Shown piece after piece: positions 33,801-46,000 of a stretch of DNA of 64,000 bases. The stretch lies in assembly GCA_002269645.1 (NCBI GenBank), contig NIVC01000333.1:1-64000 (forward strand). Reading direction: 5' to 3'. Source of the stretch: Macrostomum lignano (lineage: Eukaryota). Positions within the stretch are counted from its first letter, which is position 1, and each line of letters starts with the position of its first letter. Made by a program: the position numbers and the translations under genes. The notes beneath the pieces are model-generated. The model was not told the origin of the DNA, searched no databases, and saw only the letters and a program-made list of their open reading frames with translations.

Positions 33801-36716
33801 ATATAAAATACTAAGTTTTATGCATAGGCCCCTATTGCACTATTATTTATTTATTGTTAATTCAAAGTAAAAAATGGTTCAAATTCTTTAAATTCTAAAA
33901 AAATAACTTTGAACTTGAAAAAGATTTAAACTTCTATTATTGAATAATAATAATTGCTAAAAATAAATTTTAAACAGTCTTTAGGGTCTTCTAAAAATAA
34001 TTAATTGTTTTGTACAATTTAACCTAAGGCAAAGCTTAAACTATATAAAAATAGTATTAGTGACATCATTTATTTTACTTTTAGCCCATAAAAGCTTGCA
34101 TTACCAAATAACAAAAAAGCTATATATTATACAGTTTCTTCTTAGTGCATAATGATTTCATTCTATAGTTTATTTAAATTTCATTCTATATTTTTACAAA
34201 AAATAATTATACAGTTTGGCAAAATCCAAAAATGTGGGATAAAATGGTAAAACAAATCTGTGGACATTTGATAGAAGGTAATGTAACTAAAAAAGCTCTT
34301 TGAAAGATAGATATTAGACTTTGAAAAAAAAGTTCTGGATAAAAACTATTGTTTTCATGCTTTATATTACTGAATACATGAGTAAAAAACCACAAAAAAG
34401 TATTTTAAAAGTCTAAGTTAACCAATTTGCAATTTTTTGTTTCATTTTGAATTTATAAACAATTAATTTTAAGACTTGTAGACCTTAGAGAAGGCTAACT
34501 TTTTCACTACTTACAAAACAGAAAGTATTCAGTGTTTTAATTTTTATTTTATTCAAAAAGATGAAGTATTTCTAAGGATTTCTAAGTTTTTCTAAAACCA
34601 TATAAAGTTGCAAAAATTCATACTAATTTAAAGTGCAAAGTTTGCCAGCAAACATCTTTCTCTAAAAGTAAATATACCGCTAAATCCTTGTTGCAAAATA
34701 ATCTTTAAGTTGTTTTCTTTCATTTAAATATCAACTTGTATGGTATTAGTATATAGGCTATAATATGCCTATATTTAGACTTAAAATTTTTGGGTAAAAA
34801 TGGTACCACAAAATATGAACCCGGCATCCAAATCAAATCCTTTCTGTAGGCTTATGAGGCAATTACACTGAAACAATGAAATTACACTTAATATATATCA
34901 TTGCAGGGCATATACAAGAAAAAAAATAATTTTCCAAATTGCTTTAGTAGAAGCTAAGTAAAATGCAATTTTCAGATCCTTATGGTTCCAATATGTTACC
35001 TGGCTTCCAAATTAGATGTTTACCATATGTTTATTAAGCAATAAAGAACAATGAAATTATACTATAAAAATATGTATCATTGCGGCATATATACAGGAAT
35101 TTTTTTTTCCAAATTGTTTCAGTAAAAGCTAAGACCTAAGTAAAATGTAATTTTCCAATCCTTATGGGAATTTGTGTGCTTAAATAATAAACTTAATGTT
35201 AAATACAGTATTAATTGCAAATTAACTCTATAAAATACACATTGTTAATAGTAACAAGTGATAAACAAATAGGCCTAAACCCTTAGGCTATACATTAATA
35301 ATTTGTGCTTTTATAGATACTTCTAACTTTTTAAGCTCAAATAAATTAATTCTATAGCTTTATTGATTTCAAATTGTCAAAAAAACGAATTTTCAAAAAA
35401 CTTGCCAACAATTTTGGATTTCGCCAGTCTACATCCTATAATTATAAGATATTATCTATTTTAGCTGTGTTGGGCACCAGTCCATTAATAGGCGTTAATA
35501 AGTGTTAAGATTTTTCATTAACATTAATAGACTGTCGTTAAGATTTTTTTGAACTAACAAATTAATGAATTTGTGTTAAAAATTTGTGAATTAATGATAA
35601 ATTCATAGTTAACGGTAATGTTTATGTTAATGACCAAAGACACAAAGAAGGAACGAAAAATAGAAGTCTTACAAGAAGTTTAAACATTACGAACGTATTT
35701 GAGCTTACCTATATGCCTAAATATAATCTCTTTATTTATGATGATGATTATACAGAGGTACATGTAATTAACAACTTCTTAAAAAATAAACTTTAAAATA
35801 ATGAATTAAAATAGTGTGAAACTTTTTTTCTTGCGCATGAGAATCAATCGCTTTGATTCACTTCTATCCCAATCTTTCGCAACTTTCTGCTGCACCTGCT
35901 AATGGTACTGAAACAACCTTATGCATATTTACTTATGAATTTCTTATTATTAGCTCTTAAGTTTCAAATAAAATTAGTTACTTTTTTACCATATGCTTTA
36001 CTTATAGTAGTATTATGCATGCAAGTTTTTAAAATGATTATTTATTACTTTTTTAGCTTTCAAATTGCTTAGATGACCTCTGTGTTTCGCTAAAAAGATG
36101 GAATAGCAAAGACGTGCAATACGAAGTCTGTTTTGGAAAAAATGTGCAAGATTTCCATATTTTCTGTGTTAACTTTAATGGATTAACACTTATTAATGAT
36201 TATCAGTTAACTTAACAAAATTAGGAGTTAAAAAGTTAAGATTTTTTTGTTTTAACGCTAACGCTTTTGCTATTAATGGAAGTTAAGATTTTCATTAATG
36301 GTGCCCAACACTGTATTTTAGTTATTCAATGAGTTTAGATCTACCTTTTGGTTGACTGCTAAGATATTAAATTTTCTTTTTAAAGCTTTTCGGCATGGGA
36401 CTAGCTAGCATTCTGACATTGCCTAATCATTGCCTAGGCTAAAACTAAATTTAATAAATTAATAATACAAAACGAATGAAAACGCGCACAACAAAAAAAT
36501 CGAGCACTGAAACATCTTAAAACCCTTTATGCCATTGTCTCAGCAATTAAATATGCACTTAAAAGTTACAAACTTACCTCCAGTTACAAGAAAGTATGAC
36601 ACCAAGATAAGCGCGAAGACAAACATTGGAGATGGCGTTTTAAGCCATGATGGCTTGCGTAATTTTAGATTTGGGCATATGAAAACTTGGAAAGGCAAAC
36701 TAAAAAGGGCTTCCAT
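30838..36716 (-). CDS. OSTC: Oligosaccharyltransferase complex subunit OSTC (DC2), 149 aa; exons 36716-36578, 31910-31837, 31751-31534, 30856-30838
   Basis: Translation [47 protein letters not shown]|[14 protein letters not shown]...KP|[21 protein letters not shown]...KLP|SYLGN*. All introns are GT-AG, phases are consistent, total 450 nt. Confidence 0.97.
30990..31420. repeat. Diverged AT-rich minisatellite, about 21 bp unit (GGGATTCTAGATTAGGATATT)
   Basis: Tandem copies in the last OSTC intron. Confidence 0.85.
35465..36313. mobile_element. Non-autonomous hAT-like DNA transposon in OSTC intron 1
   Basis: TIRs C(T/A)GTGTTGGGCACCA / TGGTGCCCAACACTG; perfect 8-bp TSD TATTTTAG at 35457-35464 and 36314-36321. 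Confidence 0.88.
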
Positions 36717-37049
36717 TCTCTGAATGACAATATAAATAATAATTAATTATAAAAAAATGAGTAGGCTCAAGTGCTGTGACCAAGTATCAATTACAAGTTG
36801 ATCCTCTTTGGTGGTCGGTCGATCTTTTGATTTTTCCAAGAAATGATAGGAAGTTCATACTCGTCAAAAGTCGTGGAAAATAAAATAAAACAATAGTTTG
36901 AACTAAATAGCATTTACTTAAGCAGTTAATGTAATATTACTGCTTTAGTGTAATTTTACAATAAAAATGCCAATTTTAAACACATTCATAATTAGTAGAA
37001 TCGCATTTATTAAAGGCTTACACGATCTAAATATCTTGCATCGTATAAT

Positions 37050-37737
37050 CAAGGACGACTTAAGTAGGACGGGAAACCTCGTTTCTTAGAAAAGTTTTGA
37101 AGGCACTTTTCCCGAAAAAAATACACTACGGAGATAGGAAGTTGTCATTTTTTCAGCACAAAAATTGTTATTGCGTTTGATAGGAGACAGGAGTGTTCAT
37201 CTTTTGATATGTTGTGCCTTTTTTATTGCTCTATCGATATTTATAAAGCTTTTCGTTCAGAAAATTAGGATTCTATGTTAATTTTTTATTTTCCGTATAT
37301 TTTCGCGTGTCTTGTGCTTGAAATACATTAGAATGCCACGGCTCGGCTCTTTGGTTTCATGAGTCTATTTTATCATTCTTACCCGACTGTGTAGCAAATA
37401 TTTGTAACAGAGATGATAAAATAGGTTCATAAAACCAAATATTGGAGCTGTGTCATGCATTTTTGTGATTTTGTAGATACAGGAAATATACTTAGAATAA
37501 AAAATTAACATAGAATCCTAATTTTCTGAACGAAAAGCTTTATAAATATCGATAGAGCAATAAAAAGGCACAACATATCAAAAGATTAACACAGGATCTG
37601 CCTCCTATCAAACGCAATAACAATTTTTGTGCTGAAAAAATGAAAACTATCTCCGTAGTGTATTTTTCGGGAAAAAAGTGCCTTCAAAACTTTTCTAAGA
37701 AGCGAGATTTCCCGTCCTTCTACTTAAGTCGTCCTTG
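37050..37737. mobile_element. Foldback-type MITE with about 235-bp terminal inverted repeats and an 8-bp TSD
   Basis: Termini CAAGGACGACTTAAGTAG / CTACTTAAGTCGTCCTTG; long inverted arms; TSD CGTATAAT at 37042-37049 and 37738-37745. Confidence 0.92.
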
Positions 37738-39079
37738 CGTATAATTCGCTTCTTATATCCGTTACTAAAATTTGCATTTAGAATGTTTGACTAGAGCGTT
37801 ATGGACATTCAAACATACTTTGTACAAACCTTAGATATTTAGTATATTTGGATTTTATTTGATACTCATTAAAAATAAATCTGCGACTTCTGGGTCACAG
37901 ATTCAAGCTATAATGCAAGGCACCAACATTAATTAATGTCAGTAAGTGCACTCGATTGTCAATAAATCAAGATTCGAAAATAACTTAATGACTCATGTCT
38001 GTCAACATTAATAAATTAATCATTTGAAAGTATCCTGATAAACATAAATAAACTAGTTGTAACCAGGGGTGAGGGGTCGGATCGATTTGATGGATTTAAT
38101 AAGATTATGAATCACACTTTCCTAGAGCGAAAAAATAAGAACCATGACGTCAAATTAATTAAACAAAAACGACCCACTTTAGTTGGATGCTAAAGATCGA
38201 TCCAGTGTAGTAAAAATAAACGCAAGTGACGCGCAGTTAAGAAATTTCCGCTTTAATAATCTGTTAGCTAAAGTGTGGCAATCATATGTATTTGGAAAAA
38301 TATTTCAAAACGCTTGATTATTAAATGTACGTAATGATAACCGAATTAAATTTACAAAAATTTACAAACCCACGGATCGACAAAGTCTACATACATGTAA
38401 TACCGCGACCAAAATAATCAGTTCTACACTGTAAAGGACAACACAAGACATAGATAGTAAATGAATAAGACAATATCTAGACCCAACAGAATTGAGCAAG
38501 TGTAAACTCCCGATCATACTGCGCATGTGCATGTACATGATGTCGAAGAAGGTTGGCTGGCAATTAAAACAAAGCATGGAAATAAATCAATGATTCCCTA
38601 AATCAAATATTTTGTCATTAGAGATGTGTCAAGTCAACCTATTATCTATTTCAGTGTCGGAATAGAATGACGCAGTGTACTTGTACTTCAAAATTGTTAT
38701 CTTAGCATCGTTATAACCATTGTCACCGTTATAAAAATAAATTATCCAGCCCGTATAAATAAATAAAACAAAAATGACGCGTATACCTAAAAAGTGGAAG
38801 GATGCGATGGTTAATCAATTTGAATGAGTTAATTAGGTCATTCATCTAGTCAATGCTAGAATACAGTGAGACCAATGATCTTGTACATGTGATCCTAATT
38901 TTGCAAGACACAGGGTAAATATAACTGATTTATGATAATTTTTATGGTTTTAAAAAGACATCAAAATCAACAGGCAATAGCAAAGGAAAAGTGAAAGAAA
39001 CAAAAGAAAAACGAAAAAAATCTCTTTTAAGTTTCGAGGTCAGTGTTACTTGACATAGGATAAATCTCTCGAATCTGAG

Positions 39080-39890
39080 AACTGGGTCAGAATCTGTAAT
39101 CTGGGTCAGAATTTTGAATCTGGGTCAGAATCTGAGATCTCGGTCAGAATTTGGGATCTGGATCACAATCTGGGATCTGAATCATAATCTGGGATCTGGG
39201 TCAGAATTTGGGATCTGGAACAGAATCTGGGATCTGAATCATAATCTGGGATCTGGGTCAGAATCTGGGATCTGGGTCAGAATCTGGGATCTGGATCAGA
39301 ATCTGGGATCTGGATCAGAATCTGGGATCTGGATCATAATCTGGGATCTGGATCATATTCTGGGATCTGGATCAGCATCTGGGATCTGGGTCAGAATCTG
39401 GGATCTGGGTCAGAAATTCAGAATCTGGGATCTGGGTCAGAATCTGTAATCTGGGTCAGAAATTCAGAATCTGGGATTTGGGTCAGAATCTGGGATCTGG
39501 GTCAGAATCTGGGATCTGGATCAGAATCTGGGATCTGGATCAGCATCTGGGATCTGGGTCAGAATCTGGGATCTGGGTCAGAATCTGGGATCTGGGTCAG
39601 AATCTGGGATCTGGGTCAGAATCTGGGATCTGGATCGGCATCTGGGATCTGGGTCAGAATCTGGGATCTGGGTCAGAAATTCAGAATCTGGGATCTGGGT
39701 CAGAATCTGGGATCTGGATCAGCATCTGGGATCTGGGTCAGAATCTGGGATCTGGATCAGAATCTGGGATCTGGGTCAGAAACTGGGATCTGGGCCAGAA
39801 ATTCAGAATCTGGGATCTGGGTCAGAATCTGGGATCTGGGTCAGAATCTGGGATCTGGATCGGCATCTGGGATCTAAGTCAGAATCTGAA
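39080..39890. repeat. Minisatellite, 19 bp unit (GGGATCTGGGTCAGAATCT), 3' of the SARA stop codon
   Basis: Tandem copies visible. Confidence 0.95.
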
Positions 39891-40028
39891 GGACTGGGTA
39901 GGAATATGAGATGATAATTACAATCTATGATCAGGTTGATAGCAAGGATCAGAATGACAATCTGGGATAAGAAATTTCGGGTTCGAGATGGCTAGCAGCC
40001 ATTAACAAAGACATCCAACGATAGTCCA

Positions 40029-43000
40029 TCACGCGTACAGGCAGACAAAGCGCAGCTCCAGCGCCAGCTCGGATCGCAGGCCGCGGCCCAGCTCGCTGAG
40101 CGCCGGCACAAGCGCCTGGTCGAGCCGTTCGGCGGCTCCTTCGGCCAGCAGGGTGGCACCGCCGCTGGCTGCCGCCTCGTAGTGCAGGCTGTCCGGGCCA
40201 AGGCGAGCTCGGACGGCCAGAATCCGCTGACCGTAGGCCAGGAGCTCCGGGGCGCACCCATCTAGAGCTTGACAGACGGCACCGGCCAGGTGTCCCGCAA
40301 TGCGCAGACTGTCGGCCGGGGTGCCATCGGTCTGGTCGGCGTCGCGCAGCAGGCTGGCCAGGGTCCACCGGATCCGCCTGCAGGACTGCCGCTGCCGCTG
40401 CTGCTGGCCGGCCGCTATGGGCATCGCCTGGCGCCCGGCGCCAGTCAGCGGGGCGCCATCAATCGGACTGACATCGGCGTCATCGCCGTCGAAGTCCGTC
40501 TCGTCGTCGTCTAGCCAGCGGAATTCGATCAATTCGCTGCCGTCGGGTACAGCCGAGAATCCGAGCGAGGCCTGCGCCTGCGGCTGCTGGCAGACGGCCG
40601 ACCAGTTGCGCATGGCCTTCAGCGAGTCCATCAGCTGGGTCAGCTGGGCGTCCGTCAGCTGCACCATGACGCCGTCTTCGACAATGCTGGCCCTGCTGGC
40701 TGCGAAGCCACCAGCGTTGAACACAACAAACAGGCCGGCCGTGGTGGCCAGCTGGCGGCTCTCCGCGCTGACAGCCTCGGTTGAGTAGTCGCCTGGGATT
40801 CGGGACGGGCGTGTGGGGCATACTACGGATTCTGAACATCTACGGGTAAATAAACAGGATAGCCGATATCTGTAGATGATATACATGGGATCTCAATGAT
40901 CGACACGGGATCTCAATGATCGACACGGGATCTCAATGATCCACACAGAATCTCAATGATCTATATGGTATCTCAATGATCTACATGGGATCTCAATGAT
41001 CTACATGGGATCTCAATGATCCACACAGAATCTCAATGATCTATATGGTATCTCAATGATCTACATGGGATCTCAATGATCTACATGGGATCTCAATGAT
41101 CCACACAAGATCTCAATGATCTATATGGTATCTCAATGATCTAAACGAGATGTCAATGATCTACGTGGGATCTCAATGATCTATATGGTATCTCAATGAT
41201 ATACACGGGATCTCAATAATCTACACGGGATCTCAATAATCTACACGGGATCTCTATGATCTACACGGGATCTCTATGATCTACATGGGATCTCAATGAT
41301 CTACTTGGGATCTATAATATCTAAATATGTCTTGGATCTTTAAATCTACATGAGACATTCCATAAATAGATGAGATTCGCAATGTAAATTCCCAAGAATA
41401 CCCTAATACCCAAAGTAAAGTTCACAAAACCGCGGCACCCGCACCAGTTTCCATATTCTGATGGCACACCAGATGGGCGTCGGCAGAGGGACTGAACTCG
41501 GCGCCGAATGCCAGCACCTTGGCGTCCGGCTGGCACTGGGCCAGCGCCTTCTGCACGGCGGCGTAGGAGGCGGTCGGGCACAGCACCGAGGTGCAGCCGG
41601 CGCGCAGATGGACGCGCAGGCCGGGCGGGGCAGGCAGGGTGTAAGTGAAGTTGCGGAAATCGGCCAGCAGGCCAATCAGAGAGCGGCCGAGTTCGCCAAA
41701 CACAGGCGCCCGGTCGCGCACGGAGACCAGCGGCGATGGGTAGAGGCGGCTCTCGGAGCCAAGGCGCAGCAACAGGCGCTCGGGGAACAGCTCGGCCCAG
41801 GGCGCTTCCCATCTGCGATTTGTTGTTGAATTGAGATGGAAATCGAATGGAAATTGAGGATCTACTCGTAGATAGACCTAATCGATTAACATTGGGATGG
41901 GATGGATCACAGTCTAACAAGGGGATCTGGATGAGATAAAAGTCTAACATGGGAATCTGGATGGGATGACAGTCTAACATGGAAATCTGGATGGGATGAC
42001 AGTCTAACATGGGAATCTGGATGGGATCACAGTCTAACATGGGGATCTGAATGGGATCACAGTTTAACATGGGGATCTGGGTGGAATCAATGTCTAACAT
42101 GGGGATCTGGATGGGGTCAAAGACTAACGTGGGGATCTGGATGGCGTCAAAGACTAACGTGGGGATCTGGATGAGGTCAAAGACTAACGTGGGGATCTGG
42201 ATGGGGTCAAAGACTAACGTGGGGATCTGGATGGGATCACAGTCTAACATGGGGATCTGTATGGACTTGCCAGTGTGGCAAGTGGCCCACAATAACAGCC
42301 GCATACCTGAGCACTAGCAATCCGCAGAGAAGCTGCCGACAGACCAAGTCAGCCTCCATGCCCAAATTCTGGAGGCAGTGCAGCCGGCTTGGCCGGAAGA
42401 ATAACCAGCCGGCGTTGCTACGGTCGCCTAGCAACGGCCGGCCGGCGTGCCAGCCAACAAATGACAGGTGCCGAGCCCAGGAGCCGGCGTAGGCGCGTTC
42501 GTACACGGCGTAGACCAGGTGCAACAGGTGCAACGGTGGCAGAATGGATTCGTCGGTGCCGTCAATGGCCGGGGGCCGGCGGCTGAGCAGCAGCAGCAAA
42601 TCGGTTTGACCAACCGAGTCCAGGCCGCGGGTGACCAGCAGCCAGGCTGACGGATGGCCGCAGCAGGGCAGACTGACTAAGCGGCATTGAGCAGAGATGT
42701 TCATCGTCACCTGGTAGGTTACCTGTTGATGGTGGGATAGACTACTATGGCAATAGTTGGATCACTAGTACTTAAACAGCAACACAGAAGTGTTAGACAC
42801 TGGTATAGGGTGTGTCGAAGGCTGCGCGCCGCTTTCAAGATCGACAACGAGGTCCAGTGTCTAAACACGGCGCTATATCGCTGCGCCGGCCTGGTCCGTC
42901 GCGCCGTCGGCGACACCCAGCTGGCAGGCCACATCGTCCTAACCACTACCCAGTCGTACTACAGAATCTGGAAGGGATCACAGTCGCACAGGGGGCCCAC

Positions 43001-46000
43001 AGGGGGATCTAGAAGGGATCACAGTCTCAAACGGGGATCTAGAAGGGATCACAGTCTCACACAGGGATCTAGAAGGGATCACAGTCTCACACGGGGATCT
43101 AGAAGGGATCACAGACCCACACGGGGATCTAGAAGGGATCACAGTCTCACACGGGGATCTAGAACGGATCACAGTCTCACACGGGGATCTAGAAGGGATC
43201 ACAGTCTCACACGGGGATCTAGAAGGGACCACAGTCCCATACGGGGATCTAGAAGGGACCACAGTCCCATACGGGGATCTAGAAGGGATCACAGTCCCAC
43301 ACGGGGATCTAGAAGGGATCACAGTCCCACACGGGGATCTAGAAGGGACCACAGTCCCATACGGGGATCTAGAAGGGATCACAGTCCCGCAGGGGGATTG
43401 TGATATCCCTTCTAGATCCCCTCCACTAAAAACGAACACACTGACCGATCCACCGTTCCGCAGAGCAGCTTCAGGCGACAGAGCGACGGCGCCGGAGTTG
43501 CTATCGTCGGTTGGCAGAGGCTCGTGCGGCGGGTAGCTCTCCCAGTCGGCCGGTAGCAGGCTCGGCTCAAGCGAGGATGACGACGAAGACGACTCGGCAG
43601 GAAAAGACGAGACCGCGGCGGCGGCGGCGACTCCTCCGACTGTGCTGTCGTTGACTTGAAAATCGTCGGCGTCACCCGCGTTATCTTCGAGAAGATCGCC
43701 GCCAGGACGGATGCCGTCGCTGAATACGACCGATCGACTGCGAACAACTGCGGAGTGAGGAAGTTCGAGTCTATTTCTAGGAAATCTGTATCTACATGTA
43801 GTTCTAAGAAAATCCTAACCCATATTCGTTCCTTACTAAGGAACCCAACTTAGTAAAAGAAAAATACATCGATTTCTGAAATGAAAATGACCTATTTGTT
43901 AGTGACTTTAAGACTACGTAGCTGCGAAAGGCCCTTTCTTTTTCCTGGACTTCCAGCTAAAATTCTCAAACAGATTATATATCTGCTATATAGCTTTGCG
44001 GGTTAATTATGTACATGAGAACTTCATATATAGAAGAGTAATGTGCTTTGACTCTGATTGTATAGAAAAAAGCATGCCTTAACAAAAATAAAACAAAAAC
44101 TAGGTTAAAAAACTTATTAAAGAAACCAAAGAAAAAGAATCTTTTTCTAGGAAGCAACTAAATCTTGTCCACAGATAATAAAACACTAGATATTTCACTC
44201 TGCATTGAGTTAAGCCATTTTTGTATTATAGTCTATGGCTTAAAAAAGTGTCTACTCTTTGGGTGAGCGTCAGCGTGCGCATGGCAAGAAAAATTGCTAG
44301 TTGCTCCAAAAATTAATTTTGACGCAAGGCACTGCTGTTTGATGCATCCATGTTCGTTCACGCTACTAACCAAAGAGTAGTTGCAAAAATCTAAACAAGA
44401 GTGAACTATCTGTGATCTTGTCTGGGAAATCAGCATTGTCGATCAACCATTTTCTAGGAAACAACTAAGCATTGTCAATCAACTGATTTCTAGGAAAAAC
44501 AAAGCGTTTTCAATCAATCGTTTTCTAGAAAACAATCAAGCCTTTTCAATTAACCTTTTCTAGGAAACAGCCAAGCCTCTTCCAATAACCATTTCTAGGA
44601 AACAGCCAAGCCTCTTCCAATAACCATTTCTAGAAAACAGCCAAGCTTCTTCTGTTAACCATTTCTAGGAAACAGCCAAGCCTCTTCTGTTAACCATTTC
44701 TAGGAAAAAGCCAAGCCTCTTCAAATAACCATTTCTAGGAAACAACCAAGCCTCTTCTGTTAACCATTTCTAGGAAACAGCCAAGCCTCTTCTGTTAACC
44801 ATTTCTAGGAAACAGCCAAGCCTCTTCTGTTAACCATTTCTAGGAAAAAGCCAAGCCTCTTCAAATAACCATTTCTAGGAAACAACCAAGCCTCTTCTGT
44901 TAACCATTTCTAGGAAAAAGCCTAGCCTTTTCTGTTAACTATTTCTAGGAAACAGCCTAGCCTCTTCCAATAACCATTTCTAGGAAACAGCCTAGCCTCT
45001 TCCAATAACCATTTTCTAGGAAACAGCCAAGCCTCTTCCAATAACCATTTCAGGAAACAGCCAAGCCTCTTCCAATAACCATTTCTAGGAAACAGCCAAG
45101 CCTCTTCCATTTACCATTTTCTAGGAAACAGCCAAGCCTCTTCCAATAACCATTTCTAGGAAACAGCCAAGCCTCTTCCAATAACCATTTTCTAGGAAAC
45201 AGCCAAGCCTCTTCCATTTACCATTTTCTAGGAAACAGACAAGCCTTCCAATTAACCATTTTCTAAGAGACAACCAAGCCTTGTTTAGGAAAGCAAACGT
45301 TTTCTAGGAAATAGCCAAGCGTTTTCAATCAATCGTAGTCTAGGAAACAGCTAAGCCTCTTCAATTAACAATTTTCTAGGAAACAGCCAACCCTTTCTAA
45401 ACAATCATTTTCTAGGAGACAGCCTTGTTTAGGAAATCAGGCGTTTCCTTGGAAGCAACTGAGCCTTATCTAAAAATCAAGCATCTGATAGAAAAACTTT
45501 CGTCCATATTAAAAACAGGCCAAAGTATTTTGGTCTCACCCTGCGACCTCGTCGACTTCAGCACACTGACTGGCGGCTGCTGACTGACGGACCGAGCCTC
45601 CGGATTGGACTCCAGCCTGATCAGCTCCTGGTAGCAGACGGCGCACACTCGCGCCTTGTCGTTGTCTAAGAAGGCCAGCCTGGCAGTGTAGGCAGCGCAG
45701 TTAGCGCAGAACACGCGGCCGCAGGCGCGGCAGTGGTGCCGCCGGCGCAGCACGGTGAAGCGAGCTTCGCACTGCATGCAAACTGGCGCTTCGCTGTCGG
45801 GAATCCAAGCCGGCTTTACCGAGCCAAGCGGCTGCTGCTGCGGCGGAGTCTCGGATTCCGCGACGTCCTCCGCGACGTCATTCTGAGACGGCAAGTCAGT
45901 CTGCAGCTCGGGCTCCGCGTCCGACTCCGCGGCGTCCGTCAGCTGCTGCGGCGGCGGCGGCGGACTGGGAGGCGACGTCACACCGCCGCCAGTGGCGCCC

